NCBI GenBank assembly: GCA_965240325.2
Contig: OZ251245.1
Span: forward strand, 1,339,883 to 1,403,882
Origin: Rebecca billardiae RCC1528
Taxonomy: Eukaryota; Protista; Haptophyta
DNA: 64,000 nucleotides
Direction of reading: 5' to 3'
In this document: positions 33,085 to 44,646 of the stretch, in pieces
Layout: each line of letters opens with the position of its first letter
How positions within the stretch are numbered: position 1 is the first letter of the stretch
Program-made: the position numbers and the translations under genes
Notes under the pieces: model-generated
The model's database searches: none
What the model saw: the letters and a program-made list of their open reading frames with translations, nothing else
Told to the model about the DNA's origin: nothing

Positions 33085-33820
33085 GCGCGGACCGGCCGAG
33101 CCCACCTTGGTCGTCAGTAGACTCTTTTTTACAACAGCGTGTGGGCGGGTCAGACGGGACAATAGCATGTAGCCTGCACCGTCACAGGGCATGCCCCAGG
33201 GGGCAGCGTGGTCTCGGGCTGCCGACGAGGACGTGGACGGTGGAGGACGTGATGGACGTGAACTCATCGCTCGGACGACTGCGCCAACCTGCCTACGCCA
33301 CCCCACTGTGACCCGGCCGTGGTGCTAGGGCCTTGGATGAGGTGGGCGGGCATTCACGCCCGTCATTGCGCTTGTTCTTCAGGAGAAGTTGGGGACGACG
33401 AAGGTCTTCGGAAGGGAAGCTGTAAAGCCATACAGTACGAACCGTCATGGTCATGGCGATTGCGGCGGGCGTGAAATCGCGAATGCCCGTCCTACCGCGA
33501 TCGAAGGCCACAGCGCCACGGCCGGGTCACCGGGGGTCGGCGTAGGCTGGTTGGCACGGTCGTGCGAGCGCGTGAGCGTGAATGACAGCTTCCCTCCCGA
33601 CTTTCCCACCACTATCACGTCCACGCCCCTCGTGCGACCGGCGCGCGTGAGGCCGCAGCGCTTGCGAAGGATGGGCAGGTAGGGGTCAGCATCACCCCTC
33701 TGACGGCCATGCTGGCCTCATTGCAGGCCTGCACCGCCACATGGCATGCCAATGTTCCGTCTGACCCCGCACGCCTTGATTCTGACGATCAGTGTTGGCT
33801 GCGCGTCTGGTCATGCGACC
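33085..33820. repeat. Degenerate long inverted repeat, centre ~33.42 kb
   Basis: GTGACCCGGCCGTGG (33308-33322) is the exact reverse complement of 33516-33530; GTCAGACGGGACAATAGCATG (33149-33169) matches the rc of 33745-33765 at 18/21. Confidence 0.85.
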
Positions 33821-34314
33821 GCCTGTCCGACACGGCTGCCGTGCGGATACGTTTGGCGTATGCGCCTGTCAACGGCGGGACGATCATCGACCGACATAGC
33901 TAGCGAGCTGGTCAGGGCTGGGAGCAACCTCTCTGGGACCACGCCACGCGATTTGGTGGCATCGCCACCGCTCAATGCTCGCCCAGAGCCAGGACGTGCC
34001 GCACTACCTGGCCAGCCAGGGAGTAGTAAACTGTACCGACCGTGTGAACAGTGAAATGAACGATTACGCCGTTTTAACGGCCATAATCAACAATTTCGAT
34101 AGATTGATCCCGACCCCACGCTCCAACGCCGCCGGGAATCAATCCCCAGCGCCCCGCGGTGCACGCCGGGAGTCATCCTGATCAAGTATCTCATCAATTG
34201 ATCTGGCGGCAGAAAGTTCTCGTGATCTCGTTTCTGCGCGCGATGTCGGAGTGGATACTGTGTCTCTACCAAGCCTCGTAGCGTGTAGCGTGGGCGGAGG
34301 GTGCAAAGGGGTGA

Positions 34315-34675
34315 TGTCGCCACGAGGTCGCTGCGAGAATAAAAAGAAATCAGTGTTGGAGTCTAAGCTTTCGTGGCGACCTCGTAGCGACCTCGCAGCC
34401 GTCGCCACGAGATCGTGGCGACTTCGCCACGATCTCGTGGCGACATCCGGATGTCGCCACGAGATCGTGGCGATCTCGTGGCGACATCCGGATGTCGCCA
34501 CGAGATCGTGGCGACACTGTCCGATGTCGCCACGACGTCGCCACGATCTCGTGGCGACATCCGGATGCCGCCACGACGTCGCCACGATCTCGTGGCGACA
34601 TCCGGATGTCGCCACGACGTCGCCACGATCTCGTGGCGACATCCGGATGTCGCCACGACGTCGTGGCGACCTCGC
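34315..34675. repeat. Array of nested palindromes built from TCGCCACGA/TCGTGGCGA, GATC and ACATCCGGATGT modules
   Basis: Repeated CGCCACGATCTCGTGGCGACATCCGGATGTCGCCACGA units in both orientations. Confidence 0.95.
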
Positions 34676-36733
34676 CGGGCCGTTCACGGCCGGAAGGCCT
34701 CCGTGCAACGGACAGCTGTTCGTTCAGCTTGAATTCCGTGTCCTTCGACCGGACGAGAGCTCCGTCTGGTTCCGGAGCAAATGAATCCATAGTAGTAGTA
34801 GTACCGCCGTCATGATGGCGCCCGGCGCCGCCATCTATCGTCGAGCTTCATAATGGCGGCGATGAGGCTGCTCAAGCGGCGTCGCGCCTAGCCACAAGCC
34901 TCTGTAATGAGCAGCTCTTTGCCACAACCAACGCCGTGCAGTCACGCACGACGCCTGCACCACGGCGCTGGCGTGGATAGAGATCGACGTCGATGCACAG
35001 GCGGCAAGCGCCGGCGCGCGCCCTTGAATGAGATCTGTCTAGACCGATGCCTCGTTCGTGGCAGCACGCCGCACTGTCACGCGCTCGTGATGACCAGACA
35101 GGCTTCGAGCGCTGCACGTATGCCGGCGCTGTCCTGCGGCGGCGCCACTTCGGCACTGAACGGTCGCGCACAGCGTGAGCCCGCAAGGCAGTGGCAACGT
35201 CCATGCCAGCCCCGCCCGCTGCCTGCGCGGCCGACTCACGGCGTGATGACCGCGTCAACCAGTGGCGTGCCGCCACTCAGGCCGGGCACGCTGCCGGCCT
35301 AAGTGCCTAACTGCCGTCGGAGCCGCCTGCAGGCGCCGCCACCGCCGGGCCCGAGCCAAACTTGCGATGGCTGACTGGCACGGCGCCCGGACAGGCGGGC
35401 CACAGCGGCCGCGCTGAAGCTGATGAGTGAGATATGGCCCGGTGATGATGACGATGCTGACGATGATGAACCCTGAGCGCCGTCACACTCACACTGAACA
35501 GACCGCGAGCCCGGACTGGCCCGTGACTGGCACTGATGATTGCTGATATAATACTTGGCACTCGGCGGGCAGTGAGCAGAGTGGCAGTATGACGACTGTC
35601 TCAGTCTAATGTGACTGGTCGTCGGAGTCGGAGACAGTGCAGTCTCATCTGCAGATCGACTGTGCCCGAGCGACACCGCCTGGCGTCAGTGACGTCATCA
35701 CCTCGTCGTATATACGCGTACTACAGCGCAGAGTCTGCGGCTGATACTTGATTATTCGTCCGCCGCCCGCCAGGCGCTGATCGTCGGGCTGCGCATCCGC
35801 CACCTATAAGCGGTATCTGAGCTTGCAGTCGGATCGATCGCGACGTGGATGGACTCATCAACGGTCACGTCACTCACTACGTACGACGACAGGGCGTCAC
35901 ACAATGACACTATACACTCAACTACGATGCCATCTCGGCCCGACTCGGGAGCCACTCCGGTCCGTGTGACCCGCCCGGCGGTCCAGACTGAGACAGACGC
36001 CGACGGCAGGCGCGATGAACTCATGTCGCTCATTGAATGACGCCCCGCGCCGGACGCGCGGGCTTTGCTGAGACGACCGGACATATACTGATATATCATC
36101 ATCGTCAGTATACGGCGCCATACCTACAGCGGCGCCGCCGCGCCGCGCCGCGCCGCGCGATTCCACAGCCTCGGCCTGTGTGCCGCCGAGCATGGCATCA
36201 GGCGCGGCCGCTGGGCTGCGCATCCGAGCGCCCGCGCCCGCCACGAGTGCTCAGCAGCAGCGCCGCACCGCGCCGCGCCGCCGCGCCGCGCCGCGCGATT
36301 CCACCTTAGCCTCGGCCGCCAATGTGCCGCGCCCACGCAGCAGACATCATGTCGGTGGCGTGAGCGCTAGACGAGTGGGACGCGCGGGCACGGCGTCGAC
36401 GCTAAGCTCGCATGCACCGCCAACGCCGCCGAGCGCACATGTCAGCTCAATGCAGTGCGCCGCGGCCGAGCGCGCGTGCACAAGCGGCCGAGGCCGCGAC
36501 TGCGCATGCGTGCGCACCGACGCCTCGGCAGAGGCAGCGGTGCGCGCGAGCACGCTCAGCCGGGGCCACCTCCACCATCGTCTCTACGCGTCAGTCTGCC
36601 ACAGTCGACACGCGCCACCGCCACGCGCCGCGCCGCGCGCCTGCCGCCTTCGCCGAGGCCGCGGCGCGGCGGTGCGGCGGCGCGGCCGTGTTGGCCGCGC
36701 GCGGGGGCGGCCGCGCATGGGCGCATGGCCGCG

Positions 36734-37500
36734 GCATCGAGCTAACACGCGTGCTCGACGGCGGCGCGCGCGAGCGCACTCGGGCAAGGCAACCAACGAC
36801 TGCCATCACCGCCGCGTGCCGCCGCCGCGCGCCGCGCGCCGCGCGCCCGCCGCCTCCGCCAAGCCGGAGGCGCGCAAACACGCGGTCGCGTTCGCTGCGC
36901 GCGGCCAGCGCGCGCTCGACCGCGGCGCGCGATATCGAGCTGACATGCGTGCTCGATGACAGCAGCGGCGCGCGCGAGCGCACTCGGCCGATGCAATCTC
37001 CGCCATCGACTCCACGCGCGCGCGACTGCCGTCATCGCCGCGTGCCGCTGCCGCGCGCCGCGCGCCCGCCGCCCCCGGCGAGGCCGCGGCGCGGCGCGGC
37101 GCGGCGCCGCACGCGGCCGCGTCCGCGCGCCCAGCCGCGGCGCGCGACATCGAGCTGACACGCGTGCTCGGCGGCGGCGGCGGTGCACGCGAGCGCACTC
37201 GGCCGAGGCAGCCTCCGCCATTGACTCCGTGCGCGCGCGACTGCCGTCATCGCCGGGTGCCGCCGCCGCGCGCCGCGCGCCCGCCGCCCCCGGCGAGGCG
37301 GCGCGGCGCGGCGCGGCCGCGCGGCCGCGTTGGCCGCACGCGGCCGCGGCCGCGGCCGCGCGCCCGGCCGCGGCGCGCGGCATCGAACTGACACGCGTGC
37401 TCGGCGGCGGCGGCGGTGCACGCGAGCGCACTCGGCCGAGGCAGCCTCCGCCATCGTCTCCGCGCGCGCGCGACTGCCGTCAACGCCGTGCACCGCCGCC
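36734..37500. repeat. Degenerate tandem repeat, 4 units of ~200-235 bp
   Basis: Marker ATCGA(G/A)CT(G/A)ACA(C/T)GCGTGCTCG at ~36736, 36934, 37149 and 37382. Confidence 0.88.
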
Positions 37501-39140
37501 GTGTGCCGCGCGCCCACCGCCTCCACCAAGGCGGCTGCGCGGCTGCGCACGCTGAGCTACACGCCGCCAATCGAGTCCGCCTCGAGGTAGTGCGCCACGA
37601 GCTCCGGGTGGCTCGAGTCGAGGCTGAGGCAGGTGGCGCAGTCGTCGGGTGTCACCTTACCAAAGCAGCACGGCATAGCTCCTTGTCCGCGGCGTGGCAG
37701 TGCCCTTGTCCGCGGCCTCGACGAACGCGGCGTCATCGTCGAGGCCGAGCTCCGCGCACGCCGTCCGGAGTTGCTCGGCCGCCGCGATCGGCGCCGTCCG
37801 TTCTGCCCTCGGCGGCGGCGAAGTGCTCGGCGTGCGTCCCCGCCCGACATGAAATGAATTCCGATTCGGAAACGGCGACCGTTCCGGCCAAATGAATGTC
37901 GCCTGCCGCCGGCGCCCGGCGGCAGCCAGAGCAATCTGAAATCGGTCTGAAATCCGGCCGACGCGCGCGACTCGCCCGTCAAGTTCCGGCGGAGCTCGCG
38001 CGCGAGATGCACGCGCTGGTGCTACACCCGCTCAAGCGCTCGCCCGCGACGTCCGTCACGCGCGAGATCCCGGACAGATGCTCTCTCGACTTCAGCAGCA
38101 CGGTGGCTACGCGATCCTGACCCTACCCACTGCGACGCACGGCCTGCTGGCCGGCGCGGGTCGCGCGACGCGCGTCGGCCGCCGGAGCGACGCCGGCCAG
38201 CATTGGAAATGTCACTCAGGCGGCCGGGCGCGTGCGTGTCGACATCGAGGCGGCGAGGAGTGCGCCGCACGCGCAGTACAAGCGGCGATGGCGGGAGTAC
38301 AAGCGGCGATGGCGGGGTGACGGCTGGAGCCCCGGGACGGACCAAGTCGTGGCGCCGGGGTACCTCCCGAGGACGCTCGTCGGCGCCTCTGCTCAGAGGA
38401 CTTCGACGGATCCGTGCGCGGCGGCGGGGATGCCGATCGAGGCGCACGCCTCGCGTCTGCACGAGTGAGCTACAAGTACGTCCGTCCCGTTCCCTCTCGG
38501 GGTGGACACCGTGCGCGGCGCGGCGCGCCTCGCGCTGCGCGCGCGCGGCGGGCGGCGCGAGCCGCCGGCCACATGAGGCACCGAGCACTCTGCAGTTACT
38601 AGACGCTCAGTGACGCCCTCGGAAGCACAGCCGCAGGCACGAGGTCCGGAAGACAGGCGCGCCAGCCACGAGGGCTCCGCGGCGGCGCGACACGCGCGCC
38701 GTTCCGCCGCCGCACGGCGCACGCCGCCCTCCTGCCTGACGACTCATCAGACGGAGTCGGACAGGTACGTCCGTTTGACGAGGCGTCGTCCGGAAGTGCG
38801 CGAATAAACGCGGCGGTTCAAGGCGAGGAAATCCGTCGAGCGGAGCTCTGGGAAATGGAGAGCGGAGCTCGGAAAATCGCGGCGGGTTTTCCGGCCTTTT
38901 TGGGCGGGCTTTCCGGTCGCCACGAGGCGTTCCGGAGTCCGCTCGCGTCGCAGCGACCTCGCAGCGGAAGGGCCTTCCGCCACGGGGTTTGGTAGAAACG
39001 GATAACGCCAGAATCTGATTGCTGATGGGACCACTCACTACCCCCATATTGGGAGATTAGTATCTGGGCGGTTGGCCCACAGGGGCGGGCGGGGGTTGTG
39101 GGTGCCCAAGCCGAAGGGGCAAGGTTCGCCCTCGCGCTCG

Positions 39141-41024
39141 ATGTGCCCGCGCCGTGCGCCGCCCTCAGCCGGCCTCGCGCCCGCCGCCGTGCTCCTCGCC
39201 TGGGCGGCGTGCGCGCCCCGCGTGAGCGCGCGCCTCGTCGTCACCGCCGGCCCGGCCGCGCTCGTGGGCACCTCGCTCGAGGCGGCCGCGTATTCGTTTG
39301 TCGCGCCCGAGCCGGACGAGTGGTCGGTGCCCGACGCGCCCGTCGTGCTCACGCCGACGGACGAGTGGTTCTACGGCGCGGGCTGCCCGCCGTGGTACCT
39401 CGGCCAGGCCGAGGTGCGCGGCGCCATCGTCGTGCAGGTCAACCCGCGCTACGGCGCGTGCTCGATCGAGCAGCACGCGCGCGGCGCGCGGATCGCGGGC
39501 GCGCTCGCCTGGCTCGACTTCGACGTCAAGGCGCTCGACTCGCTGCCCGGGTACACGGTGGGGCTCGCGCGGCACATCCACGCGGCCTCGGACACGCGGG
39601 CGCTCGCCGGCATCGGCGCTGCGGAGATCACGCAGGAGGCGACGCGCGCGCTCGTGGACGCGCTCGCGGACGGTGCGCGCGTGCGCGCGACGGTGTCGCC
39701 CGACCGCACGGCGTGGCAGCGGCTGTGGGACTCGTGGGCGTGGGTGGCGTGGCAGGTGCTGCTCGGGCTGCAGTCGCTCGAGATCGTCGAGCTCGCGCTC
39801 TGCCGCGCGTACGGCTACATCCGCGGCGAGGCGCTCCGGCGCCGCACGGTGCGCGCGTCTGCAGGCGGCGTGGGCGGCGCGGGCGACGGCCACCGCCTCG
39901 GCGACGCCCCCCTCGGCGTCGGCCTCGGCCTCGGCGGCGGCCTCGCGTCCGACGAGGCCGCCACGTCCGCGCTCGGGTTCGCGCTGCCGGTGCTCTTCGC
40001 GGAGGCCTTCATCGGGCTCGAGCGCGCGCTGTACCTCGCCGTCGACCCGCTGCTCTCGCGCGGCCACTTCCCGTGGGCGGTGAGCGTGCTGCTGCGCGGG
40101 CTGAGCGTGCCGGTGGCCGCGTGGACGACGGCGCTCTTCCTCGCCTACTTTGCGCACGCGGCGCAGGCGGGCGGGCAGAGCGCGCCCTTCGCCAGGCGCG
40201 CGACGAAGCTGCCGCTGCTCGCCTTCGCGACCGTCCAGCTCGTCGTCGACGTGGGCATGTCGCTCTCGTGGCTGGTGGGCTTCCACGTGTACGTGGTGCA
40301 GGCCAAGCTCGCGCTCGGCGGCGTGATCGTGCCCGCGGTGCTGCTGCTCGCCGTCGTGCTCACCGAGCGGCAGACGCGGCGTGGGCTCGCCGCGGTGCCA
40401 GCGCCGCTGCTGCACGAGCTGCTCCGCCGGCTGCGCGTCTCGGCGGCGTACCAGGCCGTCACCCTCGGCGTCGGCCTCGCCATCTCGACGACGGCGGCGA
40501 TGTTCAACCCGGCGGGCTCGTTCTGGCTGTTTGGCGTGTGGTTCTGCGCGCTCAACAAGACCTCGCTCGTGCAGGTGGAGGCGTTCGCGCACCCGGCGTT
40601 CAAGACGCCGAGGGGGCCGCTGCGCGTGGCGCGCGAGGCGTGGCGCGCCGCGTGGCGCGCCGCGTGCGCGCGCTGCGCCGCGCTCGCCGGCGACAAGTGC
40701 GGACGCGCCGCGCGGCGGCACGGCTCGGACACGCCCACCGCGACGCTGATCGAGGGCGCGCTCCGCTGGGTGTTCTGGCTCGCGCCGCCGCCCACCGCGC
40801 CGGTGGAGCCCGTGGACCCGCACGCGCCCGCGCCGCCCGATGCCGCCGCCGGCGTGCCCGTCGCTGCCCAGTCCGTGCAGCTCATGCCCGTCCGCGCGCG
40901 CGTCCGCGCGGACGACGGAGGCGCGGAGGCGGCCGGCGCGCCGCCTTTGCCTTTGCCTTTGGCGGGCGGGGCCGATGACGAACCTGAAAGAACTGCGCTG
41001 CCGCCGCGCGGCCAGACGCGGTGA
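39141..41024 (+). CDS. Signal peptide + PA (protease-associated)-like domain + ~7 transmembrane helices; putative receptor
   Basis: Signal peptide ...AAVLLAWAACAPRVSA; PA-like EVRGAIVVQV...GACSIEQHARGARIAGALA; seven hydrophobic segments from WAWVAWQVLLG to FWLFGVWFCALN. Confidence 0.72.
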   Translation: MCPRRAPPSAGLAPAAVLLAWAACAPRVSARLVVTAGPAALVGTSLEAAAYSFVAPEPDEWSVPDAPVVLTPTDEWFYGAGCPPWYLGQAEVRGAIVVQVNPRYGACSIEQHARGARIAGALAWLDFDVKALDSLPGYTVGLARHIHAASDTRALAGIGAAEITQEATRALVDALADGARVRATVSPDRTAWQRLWDSWAWVAWQVLLGLQSLEIVELALCRAYGYIRGEALRRRTVRASAGGVGGAGDGHRLGDAPLGVGLGLGGGLASDEAATSALGFALPVLFAEAFIGLERALYLAVDPLLSRGHFPWAVSVLLRGLSVPVAAWTTALFLAYFAHAAQAGGQSAPFARRATKLPLLAFATVQLVVDVGMSLSWLVGFHVYVVQAKLALGGVIVPAVLLLAVVLTERQTRRGLAAVPAPLLHELLRRLRVSAAYQAVTLGVGLAISTTAAMFNPAGSFWLFGVWFCALNKTSLVQVEAFAHPAFKTPRGPLRVAREAWRAAWRAACARCAALAGDKCGRAARRHGSDTPTATLIEGALRWVFWLAPPPTAPVEPVDPHAPAPPDAAAGVPVAAQSVQLMPVRARVRADDGGAEAAGAPPLPLPLAGGADDEPERTALPPRGQTR

Positions 41025-41482
41025 CGGCAGTGCGTGGCTGGACGACGAGTCGCAGCTGGCGGCGGCGATGACGACGGCGCAGATGAGCAGTCCGACTGAC
41101 TACTCGCCGCGCGGCAGACCTGCCAGTGACGAGCGGCGACCGTTAATGCTCGGCTTGCGCGCGCAGCTTTGTCGTCGCGTTCAACGACGACAATGTATAC
41201 ATCGTCATCATCATCATCATCATCATCGCGCGCGCGCGGAAGTCTAGACTATATCCTCAGCCCATCAGCGCCTCAGAGTCAGACGACTGTCAGCGGACAG
41301 TAGAGCGGTCGCCGTAGTAGTCAGATGCACTGGCCAAGTCCGTCGGATCGGCGTCGATCATGGCAGCACGCAGGCGGTCGCAGCACGGACTCGGAGTGAC
41401 GGACTCCATGCCGTGCCCGACGGGTCAAGTACGGTGACTCTCACTCTGGCGCCAACGTGACTCGCCAGGCCGGCAGCCCCGC

Positions 41483-44028
41483 TCAGTCGCGCAGCTTGAG
41501 GTACATCTTCTTGAGGATGCGCGCCTCGTACGAGACGTTGTGTCTGTTCTTGTCGACCGGCTTGTCCGGGTGGTCCTGCACCTTGGTGAGCACGTGCTTG
41601 CCCTGCGCGTCCATCGCGTCGAGGAAGGCGAGGATCTCCTTGAACGTCGCGTCCTTCAGCCTGCGCGCGCGGCGTGGCGGACGGGCGGGGCGGAAGGGCG
41701 GCGCGGCGGAAGGGCGGCGGGGGCAGCGCGCCTCAGCGGCGGCGGCCGGCGGCGAGCGCGCGCGCGCGGCTGTGCGCGTGCGCGTGCGCGTGCGCCGCGC
41801 GCGCGCGCACATGATCATGTGCTTGGCGAGCGTCTCTGCGAGCGCGAGGAAGCAGCGCTTGGCGTAGAACCACGTGTCGAGGCCGAGCTTCTTCTGGTAC
41901 GGCTCGAGCGCCTTCATCACGCGGCCGATGCCGAACTCGAAGTTGCCCTTCGCGCAGTACAGCGTGCCGATCACCAGGTTGATGATGCACAGGTGGAAGC
42001 ACTGCTTGTCCGGCTCTGCGTACCCGACGCGCTCCTCCTCCTTCTCCACGCGCCGCATCAGCTCCTCCGCCTCCTCGTTCTGCGAGGTCATGATGTACGA
42101 GACGCACAGGTTGGCGAGCACGATCGCGGAGACGGAGAGCAGCGCATCCTGCTGCTTCTTCACGATCGGCTCGTAGTATCGGATCGCCTCCTTGAACTTG
42201 GTCTCCTGCATGAAGAAGACGTGCGCGACGTTGAGCTTCCACGTCTCGTGCTCGGAGCAGAACTCTGCGCTCTGGCGGAAGATCTTCTCCACCATCGGGT
42301 AGTGCTCGCGCTCCCAGTAGATGCGCGCCTGCGACATGAGCACGGGCACGTACCGCTCGAGCGCCTCGTCGTACAGCTTGAGGTGCGACTTGATCGCCTC
42401 GTTGTCCCGCGCGAGCCGCGCGTCCTGGATGAGCTTGGTGAGGCGGCGCAGCCCGTCCACGTGCTTGGCGGCGAGGTCGTCAAACTTGCGGAACGCCTCC
42501 TCCGCCGAGGTGTGCACCATGATGGTCGCGTCGAGGAAGTCGTACAGCTCGGGCGTGAGGAACTTGTACGTGAGGTGCGCGTTCTCCGCGAGCACGTCCG
42601 CCGCGAGGTCGTAGTACGTGTGCTTGCAGTACAGCAGCAGCAGGTTGCCGAACGTCTCGGGCGGGCACGGCGGGTTCTGGATGAGGAAGTTGAGCTTGCG
42701 GAAGCCGCCGGTCGGGTCGGTCTCCATCGACATGAGCGCGCTGTTGTGCAGGGTCACCGGGTCGAGCTCCTCCTCGCCGCGCGGCGGCATGTCCGAGAGG
42801 GCCTCGCGGGCTGCGCGCGCGAGCGCGCCGCGCGCGGGCCGCGCGCGTGAGACCCGCCGCCCGCGCGCGCCACGCCGCGCGCGCGGCGTGGCTTGGCCTG
42901 GCTTGGCCTGGCGCGCGCGGGTCTTACCCGCTTCGTAGTTGGCCATGTTGTACTCGATGGCGGCCTTGAGGTTGAACGCCTCGATGAGCGCGGTCTCCTT
43001 CAGCGTGGCCGAGTTGCCCACGCTGCGCACCTCCACGCCGTCCGCCTGGCTGCCCACGCTGAGCTCCGGGTGCTCCCGGACTCCCCTCTCGATGATCTCG
43101 GCGATGTGCTTGAGCGCGGGGCCGTACTGCTTCGCGTTGTAGTCTGCGCGCACGTGTGCACGCCACCCCGCACGCCCCGCGCGCGCGGGCGGAGGCGCGC
43201 GTGGGCGGGCGCGGGCGGGCTCGCGCGCGCGCGGCGCCACCCGCGGTGCGCGCGCGCGCTCGGCGCTGCGTGCGCGCTCTCGCGCGCGCACAGCACAGCG
43301 CGATGTTGTACGCGAGCTCCGCGTTGTACCCCACGGTGCCCATCGCGTCGATGAAGCGCGCGCGCGCGTCCTCGTGCCGCCCCTCCTTGTACAGCACGCA
43401 CGCGAGGTTGATCACCGTGTCCGGATCCTCGGGCACGCACTGGTCGATCACCGCGCGCGCCCCGCTCAGGTCGTCCTGCTCGTACCGGATGGCGGCCTGC
43501 AGCAGCAGCATCTGCGGCTGCAGCTCGAGCTCCTCCACCTGCTGGCACACGCGCAGCGCGACGTCGTACACGCCCGCCTTGTACAGCGCCTGCGCGTGGT
43601 ACAGCTTGTACTGCGCGGCGCGCGCCGCGCGCGCGCGAGGGCGCGCCGCCGCCGCGTCGGCGCCGCCGCCGCCGAGCGCGCGCGCGCCGCGCGGCGCCGC
43701 GCGCGCGGCGCCGCACCTCCGACGCGTCCGGGTGCAGCTTGGAGAGCGTCTCGTACGCCTGCACCGCGGCGGGGTAGTCGCCCATGTGGAAGTAGCAGTA
43801 CCCGAGCAGCGAGTTCGCCGCGCGCGAGGTGGGGAAGTTGTACTGCTCCTGCTGCAGGATGGCGACCGCCTCCGCGTACCGCTGCTGCGCGATCAGCCCG
43901 TACACGCGCTCGGTGTACTGGCCCTCGACGGGGCCCTTGGCGAAGCCCATGCCGTGCGCCGTGCCGAGCGCGGTGCCGGGCATCGCCGTGCCCGGCATCG
44001 CCGTGCCTGGCATCGCCGTGCCCGGCAT
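41483..44028 (-). CDS. IFT70: Intraflagellar transport protein IFT70 / TTC30 / Fleer / DYF-1; introns 43611-43716, 43144-43291, 42811-42927, 41661-41810
   Basis: EGQYTERVYGLI, SRAANSLLGYCY, YKLYHAQALYK, YNIALCYY, IIERGVREHPEL, EAFNLKAAIEY, ALSDMPPRGEEELDPVTLHN, PETFGNLLLLYCK, HLCIINLVIGTLYCAKGNFEFGI, DTWFYAKRC. All junctions restore the canonical sequence; the exact start is uncertain. Confidence 0.96.
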
Positions 44029-44646
44029 GACGCTCTGCTCCGGCCCGTGCGCTCGGTGCCGCCCGTCGCGCGGGGCTACAACGGCTCTTGGCCTGCTTGC
44101 TGGCCTTGCTCCCTGTTGTGAGCAAGCTCGGTCGAACGGCACGATGGCGGCGGCCTGCACAAACGCTTTTGCGCTTCGTGAAAATAATATCGTAGTGAGC
44201 CTTGGGCCCGTGGGCCTTTCGACGATGGCGATGATCACCCTTCGGCTCGGGCACCGAGGCCTCTCAGTGGCCCTTTTTACGACGACGATCATCGATGACG
44301 ACAGCAGTGACACATCCTCTGACGAGAACGTCCTCCGCCCAGGACGCAGTCGGAGCTGTCATCAGATTGACCCGGCACGCGCGGTCGCGGCCGCGGCCGG
44401 GCCGCCGCGGCGGAGTCCCCGCGGCCGGCGCGCGTCGGTCAAATCGCGCGCGACGTGACGCGGAGGTCGGCGGACGACGTTCTGCGGCCGTCCGCGACTA
44501 CAGGAGCAGGTGGCGGCTGCCTCGGGCCGTGCCCTGCTCCGGGGACCGCGGCGGCCGCGCCTTGCCCTTCGCGAGAGCGGAGAGGGGGCTGGCGGCATGG
44601 CATGCCTAGGCTCTGGACGGCCGGAGGCTGCGCGGCGCTCGCTCGC

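Larger units (their letters stand above)
34115..39080. repeat. ~5 kb degenerate inverted duplication, centre ~36.6 kb
   Basis: Collinear inverted anchors: 34262-72/38989-99 (10/11), 34323-36/38948-61 (14/14), 34371-81/38915-25 (11/11), 34760-68/38748-56 (9/9), ~35930/~37620, 36431-53/36734-56 (18/23). Confidence 0.72.

Noticed and set aside
34315-34675. CRISPR-like array
   Set aside because: Palindromic repeats without unique spacers, no cas genes, and a eukaryotic context.
36734-37500. Ankyrin-repeat pseudogene (HRADTRARRRRRCTRAHSA reading)
   Set aside because: The resemblance is faint, unit lengths are inconsistent with 33-aa repeats, and frames shift between units.
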